DNA of 56,542 nucleotides, the filler included, from Dugesia japonica (Eukaryota): the NCBI GenBank assembly GCA_001938525.1. It is 4 parts of 4 records of this genome, joined end to end, with 100 filler letters (N's around TTAATTAATTAA, not from the genome) between each part and the next. Parts side by side here need not be neighbours in the genome. Positions count along the whole stretch, not along the records: positions 26,978 to 43,380 come from MQRL01165966.1; 3 more parts are not named here. The stretch is one strand, 5' to 3'. Positions within the stretch are counted from its first letter, which is position 1. Each line of letters starts with the position of its first letter. Below the pieces are notes generated by a model, which was given only the letters and a program-made list of their open reading frames with translations, ran no database searches and was not told where the DNA came from. Position numbers and translations under genes: made by a program. Of the stretch, positions 26,978-39,600 are shown piece after piece.

Positions 26978-27454
26978 GATTTAATCATTAATAATTTTAT
27001 TTTCCCAGCAACTTTTATTAATTAATTAGTTTCTCTGGCCATAAACAATGACGATAAACATGGTAGAGTTCTGTCTCAACAAATTACTTCGGGGCCCGTT
27101 AAGATTCGGTCCCCGAATCAGAATAATTGGAGTTTCTTTGGTCAGAATTTGCTTATTGAATTTGTATTAATTTGGGTTGATTTTCCGAGAGTAGTCATCG
27201 AACAATAAAAATGAATAAAAATATGCTATGTTTATCATCAATAGTATAAAGATAGGACTACACAGATATAAGATAAGAGTTGATAAGATTAAGCAAGGCA
27301 TGAAAGATCATATAAAAATGATCACACAAATGGATAAAAATTAAGTTAAATAAGTAATTACACATATGGATAAAGTAAGTGTAAATATAGTTTAACGATC
27401 ACAAGTTTAAACAGAATTTTCTTTGTAATATTTGAATTTATCCGCTGTTGTTAG

Positions 27455-28363
27455 TTAGATAACTGTATGGATTTGGTTGGAATCCTTCTGAAAAGTTATT
27501 TTGATGTGTGAAGGCTGTCTAATTGCATAGTACAATAAGTCGTGGAGGTATTCCAGATCCCGTATTTCTTCTTTATTCTCTTTTAAGTCTCCCGTTAAAT
27601 TTACTCCTCTTTGCGATAACTCCTTGATCTTGCTATTGCGTTTCTGAATGACCAATTCTCTTTTACTGCTCCACTCTTTCGTTTCTTGTAATAGCTTTTT
27701 TAGCTCAACATTTTCCCTTGCTACTTTGACAGACCTCTGCATAATCTGACGAGCAACTACTGCCTATAGCCTTTTGTTTTCTCGATTTGCCAGTATTACT
27801 CGATTTTGAACGTTTATTTCGGCCTGCATCTCTACCATTTCCATTTTCGCAAAGATTAATTTATCCTTATTAGATTTTAGTCGGCTTAATTTTTCCTGAG
27901 CCGCTTTTAACTTTTCTTCCAGGTCTTCTACTTGGTCTTTTCTTTTATCTGTAGTTACAACTTTATTTTTGTTGTAACCCCTGAGCATAGCCATTTTGTT
28001 TCAATGTTGAGCCTCTCCTATGATGTTACGGGTTGCGCGTTTTACGTATCTGAGTTCAGATACCTTCCTCTTAATACATAAGACCGCTACTTGCGCACTC
28101 TTTCTTTTCGATCTCTCATCTTCCCATCGATTTTTATGGTCTTCGCTAATTCGCGTCAGTACTTGATTTCACAAATTTTGCGCAATAGCCCACAGCTTCC
28201 ATTTTTCGGCTTGTCTTATTGTTGAAGCACATTGGTAACATGTTTTTTGACAGTTTGTTTCCTTGAGGGTTCCGTCTCTGACTGGCTTTCCTAGGTAGAG
28301 CCGGTCTCTCAACTTTCTAGCTTGTTTCCGTAAGGCTTTTGTTTTATTTGGTAATCCCTGCAT
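27455..28363 (-). pseudogene. ~300-aa coiled-coil protein with CxxxCxxC motif (accessory ORF)
   Basis: Track ORFs 28169-28363, 27764-27994 and 27455-27742 share one frame and join across three premature stops; K/E/Q/L heptad-rich. Confidence 0.8.
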
Positions 28364-29375
28364 CTGAATGATAAAGCGATTATCATTTATGATACTTATT
28401 TATAATGACTAATTATTAAATCGATTAATAATTATGAAAGTTATGGATTTAAATTAATACAGATTATTAATTCGTTTAATAATTGTAATCACAAATAATG
28501 ATAAGTCGATTATCACTGCCATACGTTATCGGTTCATAATTTGACTGTTTTCATTTTATTATTAATTCATTCAATAATTCCATTTAATGATAAATCGATT
28601 ATCATTATAATACATTGTTGGAACATTGTTTTACCATTTTAGTGATACTATTCAATTATTAAATGATTTTTGATTGACTTCTTTTATTATCAGGGTTCTA
28701 ATACTTGTTTACCAAATCGACTTCTGCTAGATTATTAAATCGTTTAATTATTCATTATTACGGCGTTCGTTAGTATTTAGTTAATTATTAATTCGTTTTA
28801 TAATTTAGAGTTAGCTGGATTATTAAATCGGTTAATAATCTTATTATTAATGCGCTTAATAATATTTGGTTAATTACTTTATGGTTTATTAATCTTATCA
28901 TTAATGCGTTTAATAATACTTGGCTACTTATCACTTCGTTTAATAGTTTTATGCTAGCCGAATTACTAAATCGTTTAATAATATATTATTAATTCGTTTA
29001 ATAACTTGTTAATTTGTTTAATCATGTTTAGTCAATTATAAACTTGTTTAATAATTTTATGTTAGCCAGATTAATAAATTGTTTAATAATTTAGCGTTTT
29101 GTTGGATTATGAAATCGTTTAATAAGCTTATTATTAGTGCGTTTATTAATTTATTCAGACAATTGATTTTATTAAATTTTCTTTTCAGTTAATTTTTGAC
29201 TTTTTGACACCATCCTTTTGATTGTTGGGTTTCTGAGATTGGCACGACTCTGTCATTAATTTTCATACTTCTTTCTTTCTGTGCATATTTTTTTGGTATT
29301 TTATTTGGTAATTGACTACTTTTACTGTTTTTGTATTTTTATTGAACTTTTTTATTTTTTTCTGTTTTTTATAAT

Positions 29376-30818
29376 TTACAATTTTTTTACATGTACTACA
29401 CTTTCTTTACCCACATTTCTTACTTCTATAAATATGTTACCACCTTTTACGAAATTTGTTAGCACACTTTTTATTAATATGAACGTTGGAGATCCTGATC
29501 CTTAGTTCATATCGGATATAGGTTTCTGAAAGAAGATCTCGCTTGGCTTACCTTTATATATTTCGCCATGCCCTTCTGACCATCTGTCGTATCCTGGGGT
29601 TATTCTCATACTAACTTTGTTTGCCATGGGCCATTTTAACTGGTCGTCATATTTTCCTTTTCTAATTATAAAGAAAATTTTTAAATGAGTTCTTCTTCTT
29701 AATCCATCTCTATTAGGGTAAATTCTTAAAGACACGAGTTAACCTTCTTTAAATATAAAAAATGGTGGGCTGGTATAATGTAGGCTGTTATATCGTCCAT
29801 CTTTCCCATCTGAAGATGATCTTACTATGGCTAATTTGTGTGCGAAGTCTTCTATCTGCCATATATAAGAGCATACTGATGTCTTGACCTCTGGTGGTGT
29901 TGAGGGTAAAGATATAATGATTTGGCTGTGTTTCTCCTTTATAGCATTCCATAATTGGTTTTTTGTTTCGTACATTTTGTTGAATAAATCGTTTATCAAC
30001 TCCAGGGTATGATTCTTTAGGTTTTCTTCTACTTGAGTTACTCTTTGTTCAAAATTAAATGTGATAGCTTGGATATGTTCTTTAGCCTTTTTGAAAATAT
30101 GCTCATTTACCTTTATTCGGGTTCCTTTGAATCTAGAATCACGGGCATTCTTTAAGTTCTTTAATGCATGTAATTATGTGAGTACTCACTTTTACTACTT
30201 CTTCGCAACAATTGTTAGGGCATTTGGCCATTAGTTCTTGGCATACTTGTATTTTATGGGGGTTCATGTGGTTTTTCATGGGTTTTCTCAACAAAAATTG
30301 TTAACAATTTCTGCATACTATTTCTGTCATGGGGCATAATTCTTTAAAATGTTCCTCTTCGTTGAATTTAAATATGGGTGTTTTACACTTTTCGCACATT
30401 ATCGGACCTTTAGAGCAGTTCATTGTGTGTTCGTCTAGATTCATTATTTTCTCTTCAAATTCGCACTCTGGATACGGGCAGGTTCTTTCAAGACCCGCCA
30501 TTTCTCTGGCTATTGATCAGTCAGGTAGAACTTGTATATTTTCTTCGCATTCAATATTAAAACATTTATTCTGGTTTTCTATAATTTGTTTACTGATGAC
30601 AATATCTGCATCCACAGCTACTTTACATGAGTTCCATCATTATTAGGTTGCACTTGGTACATTTATAACGCGTTTCTATTTCTTCTGCTGACTCGAGGTT
30701 CTGTATTAATTTTACTACATTTGCTAGTTTTTTGCGAGTGGTGTTGCATCTGCCTGAGGTATATCGATTGGATTGGTTGTTACATCCTGAATATTTACAA
30801 TTTGTTAATTCTTTTCAT
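29376..30818 (-). pseudogene. TRAF-family protein (RING, TRAF zinc fingers, coiled coil, MATH), intron-less, disrupted
   Basis: RING CTKCNLIMMELMxSSCGCRYCHQ...KCFNIEC; VLPDxSIAREMAGL; ZnFs CPYPEC...H...C, CEKC...H...C and CPNNC; MATH YIWQIEDF, YTSPPFF, SLRIYPNRDG, THLKIFF, GKYDDQLKWP, FQKPISDMN and FVKGGNIFIEV. Confidence 0.93.
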
Positions 30819-30965
30819 AATTACAATTTCTAATTATCAAAACGTAGGTACATATAATATTATTAATGGTTATAATTTTTGTCAGGCCTTTAAATTTATT
30901 TACATTTATTTTTATTTTTGGAATGTTTTCTGGGACGTTGAAGAAGGTATGAATTGTTCATTCTC

Positions 30966-31421
30966 TTAACGTCTTTCTTCCTCATTAAGTAATATGTCTA
31001 GTAAACTTCGTGTGCCTCTCGTATCTCCTAATTCATTCTGTATTGTAACATTGTGGTTTGTAATAGTTTGGATTTCTATTTCATTATTATGTATAATATT
31101 TCTTTGTTGTTGAATGATGTTCGGGTAATATTGGTGTGTGATGGTTGCTTCCCATAATTGGCGACGAGCTTCCAATGACGCCGATTCTGTTGAAACTAAT
31201 AATGAATTTAAAGTAACAAAATGTTGTTCCCATAATGCTTCTGATCTAATACTTTCGTATACTGGCATAGCTGCAAAGTTTATTTCATTTGCTGCAATTA
31301 CTGGTGGATGAGGAAATTCTATTGGAAAGTTGAGTTATCTGACAATTTGGATTCTTTTATTTACATTTGGCTGTTCACTGGAATGAAAGACTGGTCGTAG
31401 TGATTGATTAGCTTCTGCCAT
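30966..31421 (-). pseudogene. Small accessory ORF of unknown function (~150 aa)
   Basis: ATG at 31421 is in frame with track ORF 30966-31268 across one TAA; MAEANQSLRPVF...LLDILLNEEERR. Confidence 0.6.
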
Positions 31422-31576
31422 CTACAATATTATTTTTCATCAATTTTCTCTACTATTTTTACATATACAATCATATTTCTGCATTTAATACTGATAATTT
31501 TTCTAATTTTTTATATTTTTACAATATTTATTCTTTTTACATCTGTACGATAGGAGTTTCTTTATGCAAAAGTGTA

Positions 31577-33726
31577 TTACGGTGATCCACTTATATCTGT
31601 TGACCACATAATTTTTGCCCTATCGAAGGGTAGCTGATAATTATTATTTCGTTGGTTTCGCATAGCGACAGGGAGTCTTAATCCTTTGTGCTGCCCCCTG
31701 AGTCGCTTGACTATTAATATTGTTGCTATTATACATGTTATGCAGAAAATTATTGAAGTTGTTGCTGCTAACACATTTGTCTTTCAGTTCTCTGTCTTTG
31801 GTGTATCTATTAATATTGCTGAGCTTATACTTATTAATCCCGCGTTGTAAATTGATGCAATTGTCGTAGCATTTGGTTTAGGTATTTTTTTTATTATTTT
31901 TTCTAGAAATGCTTCTTGTTTTAGAGTTAATACATTACCTTCTTCATTTTGTGGTTCTGGTTGTTTTGTTTCCTTTTATTTTGCCGTTTTTATCTTTTCT
32001 GTAGTTCGTTTTTTTGTTGTTGGTACCTTTGATGTAGATGAGATCTTTTTGTAATTTATTTGTTGGATTGAAATTCGTCTGTTTTTCAACATGACGAGCT
32101 GTAAAAATAAAATTTTGTTATATATGATGAATTCTTTAATAAAGCTGTCTTTCTCAAATTCTGAGCGTTCTACTGCTAATCTATTCGTTGGTTTTAACCA
32201 TTGTTTAAGAAGGTTGATTTGTTCGATTATCATATTTTGTGCATCTAGACTGGTCTATTCTATTTTTGCAATTTTATTCGAGTGTCTTATAAATGTATTT
32301 ATTTTCGTTTTCATCGTTATGGATTGGTTTTTTACTTCCAGCATTTGTGGTTTGGTATCCTGCATTCGATATCATTCGATGCTTATTTCTTGTCCTGAAA
32401 AACTCATAACCATCACATATATTTTGTTGTAACTGAATTTTATTAGTTGTTCGACTTTAACTGTTTCTGCTGTTGTACATCCATTAAATGTTACAATCCT
32501 GAATACCTGCTTTGTTGCGGTCGTAAACGTTATTAGAATAATCCGTTTATGTGTAATTGTACTAGTTTATTATTCATTGATGGACTCGTTTTATTTCTCT
32601 ACTCTCGTAAAGTATTAGTGGTTATTACAATTATCGTTGTCAAATTGAATTATTACTATTTTTAACAGTTCTGAAGTTTGCAATTTTATCTTCAATCCTT
32701 CGTTGTTATTACTTAAGAGTATTCTTGCTCTTGCCTTTTCGGTTGGTAATGCTAGTTTTAATTCTGTAGTTTTATTAAGGAATGTTTTTCTGGTCTATGT
32801 TTCTTCGCTTGAAAATTCATCACGACTGATAGTCTCTATAATCTATAATCTGACTCTATAAGCAGGTGATGCTCTGTATGTACATATTCTGTTATTTTAC
32901 AACTTTGGCTGGTGCATTTTCCTAATAATGCCAATATCATTAGAGCCCATAGTCGATGTCCGCAATATAGTATAACAATACCAGCTAGCAACAAGCTTAT
33001 TCATAGTTCGTATATGTCCCTGTCAATTATAGTTTGTTTGCAATTACATGGTGTAGATTTTCGTTCTTTTGCTTGTGATATTGGTAACATTAATATAACC
33101 ATTATCAAAATTAATAATATTCCTGATGCAAATGAGCTGAATAAATTTCTGAATATTGTTGTTTCCGGTTTTGATTCTTCTTGTCTTCCTTTTTAGGGTT
33201 GATCGTCTAATTCGTTTATTTTTTCTGAGCCGGCATTTTCCGTTGTTTCTCTTCGCTGCTTTGCTACCACTTGTTCCTTGTTTAAATGTAGTGGGGTGTC
33301 CAGAATTTAGTTATTTTGATCTTCCATCAGCTTTCCTTGTAATTCCTTATCTTTTGTTTGGTTTTCTTTTTCTGCCTACTTTACATATGCTATCCTTTGT
33401 GTTTGCTGTGCCCAACTAGATTTGAGTTCTTCGTACTCGACCATTTTCCTGCTAATGACTACCATTGAATATCCTCTCTTTATTTTAAAACTCTTGCCGT
33501 CCTCGGCAATGTCCTTCATTTCCATTCGTTGGGAATCGGTTATATGTCGTCGGAATTTGGTGTCACTCGCTGAGTTATTTGCTTTTCGACTTTCTTGCGC
33601 TTTATTTCCTTTGATATTCTCCTTGGTGGTAATGGGTGTTCCATGCTCACTTTGTCTAGTTTTATATGAATAGATCGTTCCATACGTAGTATTATTTCGG
33701 TCGTGCTTTCTAGACAGTTCATACAC
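31577..33726 (-). pseudogene. Env-like multi-pass membrane protein region
   Basis: Hydrophobic segments GILLILIMVILMLPISQA, ISLLLAGIVILYC and LWALMILALLG; ~380-aa ectodomain with N-glycosylation sequons (NKT, NES, NQS, NAT); C-terminal TM VLAATTSIIFCITCIIATILIV followed by basic KRLR and a short tail. Confidence 0.6.
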
Positions 33727-34779
33727 ATTTCTTTTACGTCTTTTGTAGTTATTGGTAGTGGTTTATTAATTGTTGCATCCTCGTGACAACATCCTTTCTT
33801 TTGTCCATTTTTTCATATATTCGTTTAATTGCTTCTCTAACTGGTAATATTGAGGTTTCTAATTGATATTTGACAGTAATTAGACAGTGGTAACACATTT
33901 TCTTTAACTCATTTCTGCTCACTGGTAATGTTGAAGGTCGAACTCTTTTACTATTAGACATTTGATCCGCTTTGCTTCAATTGTTTTTTTCGGTTTTGTT
34001 TTCTTTTTTACTTTCCCGATCTTTGGTTTTCAGTTGTGAGTTGTTGCTTGGTAGATATTTGTAGTAATTGGAATAACACCATTTTTTGGCCGTCGTCGAC
34101 TGCTCTGTTTACTTGAAATTTTGCCTGTTTTGTAGTTTGGATACCATTCTGCATGTTTACATCCAACTAATCTAATTTTTTGAAACTTTGTTCGCATGAA
34201 ATTAGCTGCTGTAACTATTTCCGTTTTTGTTGTTGATAGATAGTAAGCAAAATAATTTTGTATACTTTCCTTGTTGATAAGGAGTTGTTTAGGTATTCGC
34301 AGTATCTAAAACATTTATTGTCTTTGCATTGATTTCTGTTTTTATCTTGTACACGGAATAATTCCCTCAATTCTAGGGCTACTGCTGCCTCTGATACCAT
34401 TAATTCATTTTAAAAAGTAATATTACATTGGTAACAGTCAAATCGTGCTGTTCTTTGATCTATTGGTATTGTGTTTCTTTGAGTGACACCACATTTTTTA
34501 CAAGACTTTGTTTCTGAAACTTTGTTGATTTGCAACATACAAATTTGTTCTAGTTGAGATCTGAGATGATAATCCTTTACTTCTGTTGGTGGTTAAATTC
34601 GTATTTCTCTTGGATTTCGTCCACATTTTAATCCTTTGTATGGCAATTTTTGTTAATCATCCGAGTTACTCGATACTTCTTGAGTTGGTTTTGTTTCTCT
34701 AATTTTTTTACTTCTGTTTCTTGGGTTTTTGTGATAAATTTTTCATCTGTAACCTTTGTTAAAGCTGCCTTTTTTACAT

Positions 34780-36640
34780 CTATTCACATGAATCCATAGT
34801 GGTTTCTGAAGTATTTAACCAACTTATCTGACTTTTACATTTGTTTCTGTGACTACTAATACTTCGTAAGGCCCTTTGCCTGGTCTATTTAACTTTGATA
34901 TTGTGTTGACTTCTTTTTCTGGAGTATTAACTAATACTTTATCTTCTTCTTTGAACATATGAGGTTTTGCTTTCTTGTCATGATAATCTTTGATACTTTC
35001 TTGATAATATTTGATATTTAATCTTACTTTATTCCAGATCTCTTGTATTTTCTTTTTCATTCAAATGACATACTCTTCTTGTTCCATATATTGTAATATG
35101 GGAGTCTGGTATTCCAAATCGATTGGTAAATTACATTCTCTTCCATACATGAGAAAAAATGGAGTATAATTAGTGGCTGGTATTTGGAAGCAGTATTTGG
35201 AAGTATAAAGTGACTTCAGTAAAAATATCACTCATACAATTTTGGCCTTGATCCATTAGGATATTTTTTTGGTGTACCATATTTCAGCAAGTTTCATTTA
35301 CAAATATTTCTGCAATTGTTGTGGCTTTTTGATTTTTCATTGGTTATGTTTCATGATACTTAGACAGATAATTCATACATACCAGAATGTATGAGTTTCC
35401 ATTTACAGTTTCGTGTAATGGTCCAACCACGTCCATCACCATTTGGTTTAGTTGGTATTAGCATTAGTTTGAATGATGCTTTTTCTGAAGCTCCTGTTCG
35501 TCTTCTGGAAGCGCATATCTGACAATTTTCTATCCAATCCTTTACATCTTGAGCGATTCTTGGCCAATAAAATTTGTGTCTTAGATTGGCTTTTGTTTTT
35601 CTTGTTGACATATGTCCTCCGAGTACTCCATTATGTTATTGCTGTAAAATTCATTCTTTGTGTGATTTTGGTACAAATATCGCCTTTTTATATCCATTCT
35701 GTACCATTAACCATCCCTTTTCCATTGTGTAACGACATCCATTTTTCAGTAAGTGTTCTTTCATTTATGGGTCGAATTTTAGTGCATCACTTTATTTTGC
35801 CATTATATATTTCTTAATAATTTTTGCTTCCGAGTCTTCCTTTTGATCCTCCTTGATATGTTCAAAATTTATGTCCTCTGATAATAAAAAACAAATAGCT
35901 TCTGTTTGTTCGTTTACAAGTTCTGGAAATATTGCACGTGATAGACAATCTGCATTAGAATTTGCTTTGCTGCTCCTAAATTTTATTTTTGTCATGTACT
36001 CTTGTAAACTCATTGCCCATTTTACCAGTCTGAGAGTTTGTAAGGGTTTCTGGCTAATCATAGTTAGTGGTTGATGACCTGAAAATATAATGACTTCATG
36101 TCCGAGAAGTAGATGTCAGATTTAAGTCGGTTTGACTTTTAAATTCCTAGTGTCGAAGTCTAACGAAGACTGTTTGAAGATCCTCTATGTGTTCTTCAAA
36201 TGACGTTGAGAACATTAGTAGATCGTTTATATATACCATACAATGTACTATACCATGTGTGACAAAATTCATGCATCTCTGAAATGACGCTGGTGCGTTA
36301 GTTAGACCAAATGGTATTCGAATAAAATGATATAAATCGCGTCCTGCTGTAAATGTTGTCTTTTTCTTATCTTTTGGTTTGATTTTTAATTGCTAATATC
36401 CGCTTCTTAGATCAAGTGTTGAATATGTTATCGCTCTTTATTTGCATTGTTGCATTTTCTCGTTGAATTGAGCCGCTTATCTGTCCGAGCGGGTAGATAA
36501 CTTGTCCGTTCAGAATATTAACTCTTAATTTAGTCCCTTTCATTGGTCTGTGTGTTTGTGGTGGAAGTGCATCTGCTCCTGTGTCGATCAATGCTATAAG
36601 TTCTATGTCATTAATTTTTACTTTCATTAGTAGACCACCT
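34780..36640 (-). pseudogene. pol (PR-RT-RNase H-integrase) of the giant element, with internal deletions
   Basis: ALIDTGA; TLDLRSGY, IPFGLTNAPASFQR, VYINDLL; RLVKWAMSLQEY...NSNADCLSR; HHCC GGHM...FYWPRI...CQIC; MDVVGPL, ILMDQG, TPFFLMYGRE, KGPYEV. Confidence 0.95.
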
Positions 36641-39600
36641 CCTCCCACTGTTGTTTCTGTACAGACATTTCTTGTTTCTAAGTCTTGACTGCTCTGCATT
36701 GTTAATGATTGCCGGTTTTGTACCGGTGGTTGTGCATTGTCTTGTAATACCATTAAGCTTCTTGAACTCCTAATGTTCTGCTGTATTATTGGTTCCATTT
36801 AATGTGGCACTGGTGAATTTATTGGTTGCGATATTGTTTGGCCTGGTAATACTGAATTCATTGGCATAGTCCAACTTAGATTAAGTAGTGGATTTGAAAA
36901 ATCGTATAATCTAGGTACTCGTCTCAATTGTGTTGGATCTTCCATTGGTTAATATAATCCGTCATTACCTATAACATCTGTAATAGATAAATTTGGTACT
37001 TGTAGATTTCCTAGATCATAGGTTTGTGCATGTCTTTGATACATATATTTGAATGATTTTTTAACTTTTTTATTTTTTGATTTCCTTCTGGCCTTTTTCT
37101 TCTGTTTTCTGTCTTTCCGTACAACCTATTCATAATCTGGAGTTTTTTTCTCTGTAATAACTTGTTGACTGAATATTTCCTCCTGATTCATTGCTATCAC
37201 TACAGGTACTGTTGTATGCTAGAGTTTTTTGTCTGGTTACTTCAGTTCTGCTTATCTTTGATTTTGGTTGTTCTACTTCCATGATTTCAATATAATCATT
37301 TTATTTGGGAGTCTAGATCTCCACGCTGTATGATCAAATATAGTTTCGTCTGGTTGGATCTTTTCGTAATTATCATCTAAAAGTGCTGAATCTCCTCTAC
37401 CCGTTGTATGGGTACTTGTTCTTTTTGGTGGATCAAAATTTGCTAACAATCGTCTAAAAGATCGCATAGATTCACCCGTACTTTGTTTTTTTTTTGACTT
37501 CATTTGAGTTTTAATATTTTCTGCTTCTGGTTGGTGGTAACTTTCTCTTTAAGCTCGCTACTTTTGGTTCTTATTGATGATTGAATTGGTTTGTCCTTTG
37601 TTCGAGTACTACCTCAACTATACTTGATTGATCCTTTCTTGCGCTCGTACTTGATTGATCATCTATTTCTATTATTTCTGGAATTTCTTCTTATTTCTTT
37701 AACCAATATTCTGGTGGTATAGGGCGTACTGTAATTGCGTTCGGTCGTTTTGAGTTAAGTCCTCGCATGCTGATAATTTCATCATTTTGAATCGATCTGC
37801 CTCGTAATTGGAAAAAATATGGTTCAACCCATGGTAATCTCTTCTTTATTTTTCCCATTCTTTTGTATTCTAATACTTCTATATTTGAAGTTGTACTATC
37901 TGGATCTGTTTTTTAAGTTCAAAATTGTTTGAAGGATCTTCTTCTATTTCCATTCTACACCATTTTATTTATCAAATTTTTTAGATTTTCATGCAACCAA
38001 TACGTTCCCTCTTTTAAATGTTGTAACTATTCGACCACAATTCTCAATTCTTTAAGTGACACATCTTCTTCACATGCCTTTTAAGCTACTCGTATTATTT
38101 CTCTCGTAGGAACTGGATCCCTTCTCAATAGCGGAACGAGCTCATCTAGAATGTTCTTTTGTACATCCGCTGATAACATAGAGATACTTTCTTGGCCTGA
38201 TTTCACTTTATATTCTGTTTCTAGATTCGACGCGCTTGGATCTGATTTTTTAAACCGGTCCTTAGATATTTACTCTCACCAGACTTCTTGATGTATTCAA
38301 TTTTTAACTCGTCTGGTATCACTGGGTTGAGTATTTTGGCAAATTGTCGTATTATTTTCTCTGATTACTCTGAGATTCTAGATAAGGATAAATAAGGGTT
38401 TTCTTGTGGCTCTTCACTACCGTTAACATATAGTTTCAACTTCGACCCTTTTCATAGTACTAATAATTTAACTGGTACTTTATCGTAATTTTCGATTATC
38501 TCTTGACCGTAAAATATTGATATATCTTTTTCTGTTACTGAAGTAACTTGTATATCATCATCATCATCTGATTCCTCTACTTATTCATTTTCTTGTCTTA
38601 TATTAATTGCTTTTACGAAATCTTTTTTAACTTGACTCCAAGTGTCGTCTTCATAATTGATCAATGTATTTTTTTTGACTTATTTAGATATTTCAGCTGC
38701 ATTTCAAAATTTGTGGTTTCCTGAATCTCTTCACTGTATGCTGATACTAAATTGTTGATTGCTATCCGCAGTTTTTCTCCTTTATGTGCTTTAATTTTAT
38801 TGAATCGGTCAATAATTTTTCGGATATTTTTATCCTTCAAACTGTTAAAATTGTATAAAAGTGTCAACACGATTCGAGTTAACTTTTGATCATGTGGCTG
38901 GTCCAATTTTGCTGTTTTATCTATGTTATGTTGTGGGACCAACGTTTTCCGGTTAAGACCTTCAATTACTCTATCACAACTATCCTTTACTGATTTTACG
39001 ATGGCTGATACTATTCTCATTACTTACCGCTTCTACATCGTCTACATTTTCTTTTAGCCGTCACGGAAAGTCTTTGATTATTGATATTAAATCTCCGGAA
39101 CTTGTTGATGGTAGCTTTTTGATTACTTGATATTCTTGTACGAATCGTAGTATAACTTTGTAGTCGTCAACTAAAGTGTTTTGACGCAAATCCTCTTTAT
39201 ATTTCTTTAGCATGTCTGCCCATTGCAATCGCGTGTAAAGATCAATGTGATGATGATTGTATAATTCTGGTAGATGATTTATAACTTCCCAATACATCGA
39301 TATTGGGATCTTTCTTTTAACTCTTTTTTGTCTCTTAATCATTTGAGTATAACCTATAAAGGTTAGAATTTTTTTAATTTCTTCCGAGTCTATATTGTAT
39401 GTTTCATCGGGTTTTATCTGTAATTTTTGTTTACTAGTTCTTGATATATCTTCATCGTTTGATCTTTCGTCTAGATTTTTCAAATGTCATTCGTTGACTT
39501 TGTTGTTTGAATTGTGCTTCGCAGCATGTTTATTGTTACCATTGTAGTTGGTATTTTTGGTTTAATTTATGTTTCGAAGATATTTAGTATATTTTTATTT

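Noticed and set aside
30966-31421. TRAF-binding (PIEFPH, PVYES) and LxxLL motifs in the ORF next to TRAF
   Set aside because: Short linear motifs expected by chance; conservation data would be needed.
32912-33673. Hydrophobic plus-strand ORFs (also 29281, 30329, 30721, 32091, 35473, 40857)
   Set aside because: Antisense shadows of the A-rich minus-strand coding regions of the giant element.
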